Positions 21,275 through 29,192 of a stretch of DNA of 39,854 bases are shown here, in pieces. The notes under the pieces are model-generated. The model did no database searches. It saw only the letters and a list, made by a program, of their open reading frames with translations, and had not been told where the DNA came from. Within the stretch, counting starts at the first letter, position 1. Every line of letters begins with the position of its first letter. Location of the stretch: contig JAFXRX010000269.1 of assembly GCA_017526045.1 (NCBI GenBank), positions 1 through 39,854 on the forward strand, in the 5' to 3' direction. The stretch is from Opitutales bacterium (GTDB lineage: Bacteria > Verrucomicrobiota > Verrucomicrobiia > Opitutales > Intestinicryptomonadaceae). A program made the translations under genes and the position numbers.

Positions 21275-23119
21275 ATGCTGAAAATCGGAGAAAATGAACG
21301 CTATGGCGTGATTGTCTGCGGCGCGGGGCACGCGGGCGTCGAGGCGGCTTTGGCCTCGGCGAGAATGGGCGTGCCCACGCTGCTTTTGACGGGCAACCTC
21401 GACACAATCGCGCAGATGAGCTGCAACCCCGCAATCGGCGGGCTTGCAAAGGGGCATATTGTGCGCGAAATCGACGCGCTCGGCGGCGAAATGGCTTTAA
21501 ACGCCGACGCAACCGGCATACAGTTCCGCGTTTTGAACGCCTCAAAGGGCCCCGCGGTGCAGGCTCCCCGCGCGCAGTGCGACAAAAAGGCGTACCAGTT
21601 CAGGATGAAAAACGTCCTGGAAAGGCAGCAAAATCTGGATATTTTCCAGGCGGAAGTCGTGTCCGTAATAGTTGAGGGCGGAAAAATCCGCGGGGTAGGC
21701 ACGAATTTGGGCGTAAATTTCTATGGCGAGGCTCTGATTTTGACAACGGGCACGTTTTTGAAGGGGCTATTGCACGTCGGGCACAACACGGCGCCCGGCG
21801 GCAGGATGGGGGACTTCGCCGCAAACAGGCTTTCCGCAAGCCTTATCGAGTGCGGGATAGAGCTTGGAAGGCTCAAAACGGGGACGCCCGCGCGCGTTTT
21901 GGCGTCTTCCATAGACTTTTCAAAGTGCGCCCCGCAGCCGGGCGACGAAAATCCGACTTTGTTCGCATTTTACGACACCCGCCCCGGCGGAATGTTCCAC
22001 GTGGAACATTTAAGGTGGGCGAACTTCGAGGGCTTCGGGCAAAACCAGGCGGCCTGCTACGAGACGTACACGAACCCCGAAACCGCCGCGGTAATCAAGG
22101 CGAATTTGAAAAAGTCGGCAATGTACGGCGGAAAAATCGAGGGCGTCGGCCCGCGCTACTGCCCGAGCATCGAGGACAAGGTTGTGCGCTTTGCCGACAA
22201 GGAGGGGCACAGGCTCTTTTTGGAGCCCGAGGGCAGGTTTACGGACGAGTGGTACATCAACGGGCTTTCGACCTCGATGCCGCTGGACGTGCAGATGCAG
22301 ATTTTAAAGACCATTCCCGGGCTTGAAAACGCGCGGATTACCCGCCCGGCGTACGCGGTAGAATACGACTACGCCCCGCCCACGCAGCTGAAAGCCACGC
22401 TGGAGTCGCGCATTGTGGAGGGGCTTTTTTGCGCGGGGCAGATTAACGGCACGAGCGGCTACGAGGAGGCGGCGGGGCAGGGGCTTGTTGCGGGGATAAA
22501 CGCCGCAAGCAAGGTCTTGGGGCTCGAGCCTCTTGTCTTGCGCCGCCACGAAAGCTACATCGGCGTATTAATTGACGACCTCGTGACAAAGGGCACGTCC
22601 GAGCCCTACAGAATGTTCACAAGCCGCGCGGAATACCGCCTGCTCCTAAACCACTCAAGCGCGGAAATCAGGCTTTTTGCCCACGCCAAAAAGTACGGGC
22701 TTCTGGGCGCGGAGAGGGCGGCGAATATCGAAAAAAAGATAGAAAATGTCGAATATTGGAGCGGCGTTTTGGAAAACTCCAAAGAGGGCGCGGCGCTGAA
22801 GCGCGAAGGCGCGGAATACGCGAAAAATCTTTCGAGGGAATTCCAAAGCCTCTCCGCCGAGGCGCGCGCGGAGATTTTGTACCGCGTAATTTACCGCGGG
22901 TATCTGGACAGGGACTTGAAGCAAATCGCGCGCATGGACAAGCTCGAAACGCTGAAAATCCCCGAAAATACGGACTATTTGAAGCTCAAGGGCCTGAGAG
23001 CCGAGGCGGCGCAAAAGCTTGCGAAATTCCGCCCCGCGACAGTGGGGCAGGCGTCGAGAATTTCGGGGGTGTCGCCCGCGGACATAAACGTAATTGTCAT
23101 CTCCGCCTGCGGCAGGTAG
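21275..23119 (+). CDS. mnmG: tRNA uridine-5-carboxymethylaminomethyl modification enzyme MnmG/GidA
   Basis: [43 protein letters not shown] and [10 protein letters not shown]. The real start is probably ATG 21275, not 20972. Confidence 0.98.
   Translation: MLKIGENERYGVIVCGAGHAGVEAALASARMGVPTLLLTGNLDTIAQMSCNPAIGGLAKGHIVREIDALGGEMALNADATGIQFRVLNASKGPAVQAPRAQCDKKAYQFRMKNVLERQQNLDIFQAEVVSVIVEGGKIRGVGTNLGVNFYGEALILTTGTFLKGLLHVGHNTAPGGRMGDFAANRLSASLIECGIELGRLKTGTPARVLASSIDFSKCAPQPGDENPTLFAFYDTRPGGMFHVEHLRWANFEGFGQNQAACYETYTNPETAAVIKANLKKSAMYGGKIEGVGPRYCPSIEDKVVRFADKEGHRLFLEPEGRFTDEWYINGLSTSMPLDVQMQILKTIPGLENARITRPAYAVEYDYAPPTQLKATLESRIVEGLFCAGQINGTSGYEEAAGQGLVAGINAASKVLGLEPLVLRRHESYIGVLIDDLVTKGTSEPYRMFTSRAEYRLLLNHSSAEIRLFAHAKKYGLLGAERAANIEKKIENVEYWSGVLENSKEGAALKREGAEYAKNLSREFQSLSAEARAEILYRVIYRGYLDRDLKQIARMDKLETLKIPENTDYLKLKGLRAEAAQKLAKFRPATVGQASRISGVSPADINVIVISACGR
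21993..22008. promoter_or_regulatory. parS site 3, inside the mnmG coding sequence (encodes MFHVEH)
   Basis: Perfect TGTTCCACGTGGAACA; the palindrome extends to 20 bp (21991-22010). Confidence 0.9.
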
Positions 23120-23250
23120 CCCGCGCATCTTGCGGAATTTTTTTGCCCGCGGTTTTTTGCTATGATTTATTATAATTTATTTTGCGGCTTTGGGGCTGAC
23201 GGGATTTTGCGTTTGACGCGCCCGCGCCTTTTGCCAAGATATTTTGAAAT

Positions 23251-24258
23251 ATGCCAGAAAAACCGATAATCGCGCTTTCCACAAGCTATTTCCGCCGGAG
23301 CTGCTCCGACGGGTACGAGATGATGTGCAAGTGCGCCGAGCTCGGGTTTGAATATGCGGAGCTCGGGCACAACACGACCATGAATTTGGTCGAGGGCATT
23401 TTGAAGGCGGTTGGCGAGGGCGTCGTAAAAATTTCGTCGCTGCACAATTTTTGCCCTGTGCCGCCTTTCGCAACCCCCCCCGCGCCGAATTTGTACTCCC
23501 CCGCGACTTCGTCCAAGGCGGAGTCTGCGCAGTGGAGAAGGCACACGCTTGCGACGCTCGCGTTCGCGGTGCAGGTCGGGGCGGGCAGGGTGGTCTCGCA
23601 CGCGGGCGCGCTAAGCTATTTCTTTGTAAACCCGAAAACCGCGCTCGAGCGCGAGTACGCCAAAACGATCGCCGCGCGCGAGGCGGCGGGGGAGGGCGAA
23701 GGCGGATCCGAAAACGCCGAAAAACTGCGCCGAGAATTTGAAGAGCTGCAGTCGCGCTACCTCAAAAAAGTCGAAAAATTTGCCGCGGGCGCGGAGAAGA
23801 AGGCGGAAAAATTCCACGGGAGGATTTTTGAAAACCTGAAATTGGTCGACGAAGATTTCAAAAAGGCGGGCGTCCTTTTGGGCATAGAAAACCGGGACGG
23901 CTACTGCGAGCTGCCGTTTGACACGAAGTTTGCCGCCTTCACGCAGGGCTGCGCCGAAAAGCTTTCGAGCGCGCGCCCGTGGATAGACATTGGGCACGTC
24001 ATGGTGAAGTCTTGCAAGGGCGTCGTCGATTTTTGCAAGTTTATCGAAGAGGCGAGCCGCGGCGCCTGCTGGTGGCATTTGCACGACTGCGACGCCTCCG
24101 CGCGCGACCATCTTGCCATCGGCAAGGGCGCAATCGACTTTGATTTCGCAAAAAAATTCTTCGACAAGTCGAGCCAGATTTTCACGCTCGAGCTAAACGG
24201 CCGCGTAAGCGCGGAGGACGTGGTTGCCTCGCGCAAAAGGGTGGAGGACATGTTTTGA
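23251..24258 (+). CDS. Sugar phosphate isomerase/epimerase (AP endonuclease 2-like TIM barrel)
   Basis: Metal-ligand pattern SLHN, IENR, DIGH, HLHD, DHL and LEL. Confidence 0.8.
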   Translation: MPEKPIIALSTSYFRRSCSDGYEMMCKCAELGFEYAELGHNTTMNLVEGILKAVGEGVVKISSLHNFCPVPPFATPPAPNLYSPATSSKAESAQWRRHTLATLAFAVQVGAGRVVSHAGALSYFFVNPKTALEREYAKTIAAREAAGEGEGGSENAEKLRREFEELQSRYLKKVEKFAAGAEKKAEKFHGRIFENLKLVDEDFKKAGVLLGIENRDGYCELPFDTKFAAFTQGCAEKLSSARPWIDIGHVMVKSCKGVVDFCKFIEEASRGACWWHLHDCDASARDHLAIGKGAIDFDFAKKFFDKSSQIFTLELNGRVSAEDVVASRKRVEDMF

Positions 24259-24725
24259 AAAAGCGCATTGTCCAGGCTTGCAACATGAGCAAAATCGCCG
24301 ATTTCAGCCCGCGGCGAGTCTCGAGTCTCGTCCGCGTCCTAGACGAGCGCATGCCGAAAAATTTGCGCGCGCCCGAGGGCCTGCTTTCAATCGCCGTCAT
24401 GGACGACGCTGCCCTTGCGAAAATCCATTCCGACTTTTTGGACAACCCCTCCAAGACCGACGTCATAACTTTTGAAAGCGGCGGAGAGGTGGGCTTTGCG
24501 GGCGAAATCTGCGTAAGCGCGGAGCGCGCCCTCGAAAAATGCGCGCAGTACGGCAACACGCCCGACGAGGAGCTCTGCCTTTACATCGCGCACGGAATGC
24601 TGCACCTTGCGGGAGTCGACGACATCGCCCCCGAGGACGCGAAAAAAATGCGCGCCGCGGAGGCTGTTGCACTGGGCGTCATAAAATCGTCTTTCAGAAA
24701 GCCCGTTTTCAACTTCAAAAAATAA
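24255..24725 (+). CDS. ybeY: rRNA maturation endoribonuclease YbeY
   Basis: TDVITF, GEICVS and HGMLHLAGVDD. Confidence 0.9.
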   Translation: MKKRIVQACNMSKIADFSPRRVSSLVRVLDERMPKNLRAPEGLLSIAVMDDAALAKIHSDFLDNPSKTDVITFESGGEVGFAGEICVSAERALEKCAQYGNTPDEELCLYIAHGMLHLAGVDDIAPEDAKKMRAAEAVALGVIKSSFRKPVFNFKK

Positions 24726-24726
24726 A

Positions 24727-25326
24727 TTGCTCGAACGCATAACAGGCATAGTTCTCGACAAAGCTTTGCGCGGCGAAAGCGGCGTTTTGTTCGCGGTGTT
24801 TTCCGCCGAGCTCGGGCTTTGCAGGCTGTACAAAAGGGTCTCGCAAAAGAAAACCGTCCAGCTGCCCGACTTCTTCGACGCGATAAGCGCGGAGGCGGAA
24901 AAGTCGAAGACAGGCGGCATGTATTTTTTGAGGGACTTTGAAAATATCGCCTCGCATCCGCGGATTGCCGAGGACTACGGCGCGTTTTCCGACGCTTCGG
25001 AAATCGCGAAATGCGCGCTGAAAAACGCGGCGTATTTGGAGAGGTTTGCTGAAATGCACGCGCTGCTGCAGGCGGCGTTTGCCGCGATAAATTCCGGCGC
25101 AAATTCCGCGTGCGTGCGCGTAAAATTTATGTACGTTTTCGCGCGCGGCGAGGGCTATCCGATAAAGGAGGATTTTGCCGCCAGCCTGAACGCGCAGGAG
25201 TTTTCCTTGCTCAAAAAAATTCTGAACACCCCCGCTGCGGAATTGGGCGCGGAAGTAGAGGGCGCGCGGGAATTGCTCGAAAAAATGATGTCGTGGATTG
25301 CGGCGAACACCGACATTGCCGGATAA
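24727..25326 (+). CDS. recO: RecO-like DNA repair protein (short form)
   Basis: N-terminal GIVL...GE...FSAELG OB-fold pattern; follows ybeY, a common context for recO. Confidence 0.6.
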   Translation: MLERITGIVLDKALRGESGVLFAVFSAELGLCRLYKRVSQKKTVQLPDFFDAISAEAEKSKTGGMYFLRDFENIASHPRIAEDYGAFSDASEIAKCALKNAAYLERFAEMHALLQAAFAAINSGANSACVRVKFMYVFARGEGYPIKEDFAASLNAQEFSLLKKILNTPAAELGAEVEGARELLEKMMSWIAANTDIAG

Positions 25327-25329
25327 AAT

Positions 25330-26472
25330 CTACTTGATTGTGCCCGCCGAGTAGAAGCGCACGACGCGCTGCGTTATCGCGGTCAAGGCCTCCGCGGGCG
25401 TTATGTTTATCGTCTTGCAGTAGTCCTCGATTGTCAGCGCGTGCGAGGGCGACGAGCCTATGATTACCACTTCGTCGGAAAGCCCGATGTTTGGCAGCTT
25501 CGAGGCGTTTATCGCCGCCTGGTCCATCGAAACAATTCCCACTATCGGCAGGAGAGTGTCGCGGACAATCACGTTTGCCTTTCCGCCCAGGCTGCGGGCG
25601 AGCCCGTCGCCGTATCCCGCCGAAATGAGCGCGATTTTCGAGTTCTCTTCGAGGCGGTAGGTGTGCGAATAGCCGATGTACGCGCCTTTGGGAAGGTCTT
25701 TTATATGCGCGATTGCAGCCTTGAAAGAAAGCACTTGCTCCGGTCTGAACTCCGCTAGCATCGAATTTTTTTCGGGGCGGATGCCGAACAAAACAAGCCC
25801 CGCGCGCAGGCTCGAGCCGAATTCCGGCGGCAGAGTTTGCGGGTCGAAAATGTCGCTGTGGTGGACGTAGATTTTTTTGCCCGCCGCCTTGATTTTTTGC
25901 GCGGCCTTTTCCAGGAAGCCCGCGTCGGGAGTTTCGGGAATTTCGGGCGCGCCCGTGCCCGTGCCCGCGACGCAGAACGCCTCCAAATTCAGGCTTTCGC
26001 ACGAAAGGGCGAAGTCCAGAATTTTTTCCGCCTCCGTCGCGCCGGGAATTGAAATGCCCGATTTTTCGCAGGGGAGTTTTATGTGAACGGGCGCCGCCAC
26101 GCCAAGCTCTTTTGCCGCGCATGCAAAGCGTTTTGCCTCTTCGAGGCTTGCGATTGTGGGGGTGATGCCGTTTGAAATGAACTGCCGCTCTTCGCCCGGG
26201 ATTGTCGCGCTCAAAACGATTACCGGCCAGCCCGCGCCGACGCTGCGCACCCTTAGAGCCTCCGCCAAATTCGTGACGGCGAAGGCGTCCGCGCCGCTGA
26301 GCATCAGGCGCGCAACCGCCGCTTCGAGCCCTATGCCGAACGCGTCGGCGGCAACGAGGGCGATGTAGCTGCGCGAGGAGGGCAGGAAGCTTTTTATTCT
26401 GCCGAGGTTGCGCTCGAGCGCGTAGAGGTCGATTTGCACCGACGCCCTCAACTGTGTGCTGCTGAATTCCAT
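25330..26472 (-). CDS. Alanine racemase homologue with degenerate PLP site
   Basis: IDLYALERN, IGYSHTY, GYGDG and VSMDQ match Alr, but AVVKADAYGHG is replaced by ALVAADAFGIG. Start probably at ATG 26472. Confidence 0.85.
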   Translation of the reverse strand: MEFSSTQLRASVQIDLYALERNLGRIKSFLPSSRSYIALVAADAFGIGLEAAVARLMLSGADAFAVTNLAEALRVRSVGAGWPVIVLSATIPGEERQFISNGITPTIASLEEAKRFACAAKELGVAAPVHIKLPCEKSGISIPGATEAEKILDFALSCESLNLEAFCVAGTGTGAPEIPETPDAGFLEKAAQKIKAAGKKIYVHHSDIFDPQTLPPEFGSSLRAGLVLFGIRPEKNSMLAEFRPEQVLSFKAAIAHIKDLPKGAYIGYSHTYRLEENSKIALISAGYGDGLARSLGGKANVIVRDTLLPIVGIVSMDQAAINASKLPNIGLSDEVVIIGSSPSHALTIEDYCKTINITPAEALTAITQRVVRFYSAGTIK

Positions 26473-27122
26473 TTTGCGTATTCGCGCTTGGCTAGCGTCG
26501 CGGCCTCCGGAATTTCCGAGGCTGCGCAAACCTGCGCATGCTGCGGGTTTAAGGTTAAAAATTGCGCGATTTGCCCCGCGTCAAAGCTAAGCTGCGGCAA
26601 ATTCTCAAAATTTTTGTCGGGCAATTTGCGCTGGCTGACAAAGAAAATCGGCAAGGTTATCGCGGGGATTTCCGAAGTCGGAATTTCTTTTGCGGAAAAT
26701 TCGCCGCCGTTTGCAAAGCAGGCGTTTGCAAAATTTTTGCGCGATGGGCAGATGATGGCGAAGTCTTTTTCGCCCCTTTTTAAAAGCATTTGCGCGTAAA
26801 CTTCGAGCAAGTCCCAGACGAAAATTTGAAGTTTTGGATTTGCCGCGCGGAACGTCGCAAGCGCGGCGGAGACTGCGCGTATGCCCAAAATCGAGCCCAC
26901 TCCGCGGCAGAAACCAGCGGCGTCGAGATTTTCCGCGCCAAGATTTGCCTCTTGCAGAGCCTTGTTTATCAGAAAAAAGACGTTTTCGAGCGCGCCGCCC
27001 TGCGCGGAAAGCAAAACTTTTTGCTTTGCCTCTTGCATTATGCACACCGAGATTGTGTCGGCTGTCGTGTCGGCAAACAGGACGTTTTTGCGGGCGAAGA
27101 AATCTGCGGCGGCTTTTTCCAT
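26448..27122 (-). CDS. tsaB: TsaB-like tRNA t6A biogenesis protein
   Basis: N-terminal FADTT and GVGSILGIR (cf. GPGSFTGLR) after an L..AN.....LDA segment. Confidence 0.65.
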   Translation of the reverse strand: MEKAAADFFARKNVLFADTTADTISVCIMQEAKQKVLLSAQGGALENVFFLINKALQEANLGAENLDAAGFCRGVGSILGIRAVSAALATFRAANPKLQIFVWDLLEVYAQMLLKRGEKDFAIICPSRKNFANACFANGGEFSAKEIPTSEIPAITLPIFFVSQRKLPDKNFENLPQLSFDAGQIAQFLTLNPQHAQVCAASEIPEAATLAKREYAKWNSAAHS

Positions 27123-27236
27123 AAAAAATATTTCAAACAATGTAGCACTAAATTTTTTGTTTTTCTATTCTTTTTTTTACATGGCGGAATGCGGGCGCGC
27201 TTTTCGGGCTGGTTTTGAAATATAAAAAAAAGATGC

Positions 27237-27269
27237 TTGACATTTCAAAAAGCAGGATTATTGTATAAG
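27237..27269 (+). promoter_or_regulatory. Probable sigma70 promoter of the PEP-CTERM gene
   Basis: TTGACA at 27237-27242, then TATTGT at 27259 (16-nt spacer), shortly before ATG 27275. Confidence 0.55.
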
Positions 27270-27274
27270 TTGCT

Positions 27275-28309
27275 ATGAAAAAAATACTTACATTATCAAC
27301 TTTATTCGCCGCGGCGATTTCTTTCGGCGCGGAGACTGTTTGGTATTCAAACAATACTTCTTCCGCCGCAATCGAAGGCGCGTATTGGGGCGATTCCGCA
27401 AACTGGAACAATCCCGTCGAAGAGGGAGTGGGACCTACAAACACAACAGACATAAATGCGGCTGTAAATCTTTACAACAACATTTATATTGACACTGAGG
27501 TTAACATAAACGCGGTTTTTTTCAAGCCTTCAACCACGGCGCCCGATGGCGCGACTCTCGTTGTCAAGGACGGCGGCACGCTTAACGCCACTGGCTTTAC
27601 GCACGACAATGCAGGCGCGGATGCGGGCGTTTTGATTGAAAGCGGCGGCAGCGTCAATTTGACGCAAAACGCGTCTTTGCCGGTTAATTTCTCCTTCGCG
27701 GGCGGAACATTGAGCGGCAACAACATAGACGTCGCCGGCACCAGCCGGCCGGGCAATTTTGTTTTCGGGGCGGAAGACGAATCGGGAAATTTTCGCGCGG
27801 CTGTCGCCCATTCGTTTGCGGTCGTCAATAAAATAAAAATATATTCTCTTGCCGACCCCCGGACAACGTTTAGGTTCAACCTTGACACGCCAAACTTGCT
27901 AATAGGCGGCTCTGCGAGCAATTTGAAGGACAATGCGTTTATCTACTCGGGAAACGAAATAGAAATTGCGGCGAATTTTTCGTCTCTAATAGATTTTTCC
28001 CGCATTGATTTTTCCGCGCTGAGCGGCGAATATTTTGTCTCGTTTATGGCGATGGAAAGGAATTACCACGAGGACAAAACCATAGACTTTTCCTACCTCG
28101 ACGACTTTAACGGCGGCGTTGAAACGGCTATTGAATACGGGCAGGAATACAACTATGGCGACAATGTCTCGTTTGTCGTCTCTTACGACAACGCGAACAA
28201 AATCTACTCCATGGTTATGAACGTCGCTGCCATTCCGGAACCGAGCACATACGCGGCGTTGTTCGGGGCTATTGCTCTTGCGTTTGTGGCATCCCGCCGC
28301 CGCAAGTAA
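27275..28309 (+). CDS. PEP-CTERM sorting domain protein (exosortase substrate)
   Basis: Signal peptide; N/G/T-rich body; C-terminal IPEPSTYAALFGAIALAFVASRRRK. Confidence 0.95.
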   Translation: MKKILTLSTLFAAAISFGAETVWYSNNTSSAAIEGAYWGDSANWNNPVEEGVGPTNTTDINAAVNLYNNIYIDTEVNINAVFFKPSTTAPDGATLVVKDGGTLNATGFTHDNAGADAGVLIESGGSVNLTQNASLPVNFSFAGGTLSGNNIDVAGTSRPGNFVFGAEDESGNFRAAVAHSFAVVNKIKIYSLADPRTTFRFNLDTPNLLIGGSASNLKDNAFIYSGNEIEIAANFSSLIDFSRIDFSALSGEYFVSFMAMERNYHEDKTIDFSYLDDFNGGVETAIEYGQEYNYGDNVSFVVSYDNANKIYSMVMNVAAIPEPSTYAALFGAIALAFVASRRRK

Positions 28310-28323
28310 GATTTGGGCGATAC

Positions 28324-28357
28324 AAAAAAGGAAAGGCAAACGCCTTTCCTTTTTTTT
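28324..28357. terminator. Bidirectional intrinsic terminator
   Basis: aaaaaaggaaaggc-aaac-gcctttcctttttttt between convergent genes. Confidence 0.88.
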
Positions 28358-28383
28358 GCAATGAAGATTTCCAAAAGCTTTTG

Positions 28384-29085
28384 TCAAAGCCTCAGTTCGT
28401 GGCAGTCGCTTACGACTTTCTTTAATTCCGCCTCCGTAAACCAGTGGGGCTTTCCGTCCAGAAGAATGGCGAATTCGGACGTGATTTTATTGTAGCCGAC
28501 CAAAAGCCCGAATGTTATGTAATTTTTGCTCGCGCTCAACGTTTTAAGCTGCGTCTTTGCAAGGCTCTTTTTCCATTCCTTGATGTCCTCGTTCTGCTTG
28601 CGCAGCTCCGAGCGCGCGAGAATTTTGCCGAAGTCCGAAGACTCGTGCAGCGATATGAAAAGCGGCAGCCCCTGGTCGATTTTAAGCCTTGCGTTGTTTG
28701 CGCTAAACTTGATTTTTTTAAGCTGCATATTGTTTGTGGCAAGGTATTTGTCGGCGGCGTTTAAAATGTCGGCGACGTAGCGCGTCTCTTTGCCGCCCGT
28801 TTCCTTGACCATGATTTTGTTGAACTTGTCAAAGTCCATTTTCGGGTCGACGTAAAGCAGCAGCATCAAAAGCGGCGAGGGAATGTCTTTTGCCGATTCG
28901 ACGGCGGCTTTTGCGGCTCTTAGTTTTATCTCGATAAAAAAGTCGCCGTTGTCGGACTTTGTTATGCCTTCTGAAAGCCTGCTTTTAATGTCGGCGTTCG
29001 ACGTCTTGCTGCGCTGGGCGTAGGCGCAGGGCAGGGCGAGGCACAGTGCAAGCGCGATTGCGCAAATGTTTTTTATAAGTTTCAT
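28384..29085 (-). CDS. Secreted hypothetical protein, possibly a degenerate C39-like peptidase fold
   Basis: Sec signal ending AYA; KIDQGLPLFIS...LLVGYN...EFAI pattern. Confidence 0.7.
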   Translation of the reverse strand: MKLIKNICAIALALCLALPCAYAQRSKTSNADIKSRLSEGITKSDNGDFFIEIKLRAAKAAVESAKDIPSPLLMLLLYVDPKMDFDKFNKIMVKETGGKETRYVADILNAADKYLATNNMQLKKIKFSANNARLKIDQGLPLFISLHESSDFGKILARSELRKQNEDIKEWKKSLAKTQLKTLSASKNYITFGLLVGYNKITSEFAILLDGKPHWFTEAELKKVVSDCHELRL

Positions 29086-29192
29086 GGCTTTTGCGGTGTT
29101 ATAATTTTATATAAAGAAATATCCTCTATCCGCCTTTCCTTGTAAAGCCAAAAATCAACTTTTTTTGTTTTACAAGTAAAACGAATTGCGGG

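Noticed and set aside
20654-22008. CRISPR array or REP-type repeats from the recurring palindrome
   Set aside because: Only three 16-bp copies at irregular spacing (about 480 and 860 bp); the sequence matches the parS consensus.
24590-24625. YbeY third zinc histidine replaced by Asp (HGMLHLAGVDD)
   Set aside because: To my knowledge GxDD variants are common in PVC and Bacteroidota YbeY, so this is not evidence of inactivation.
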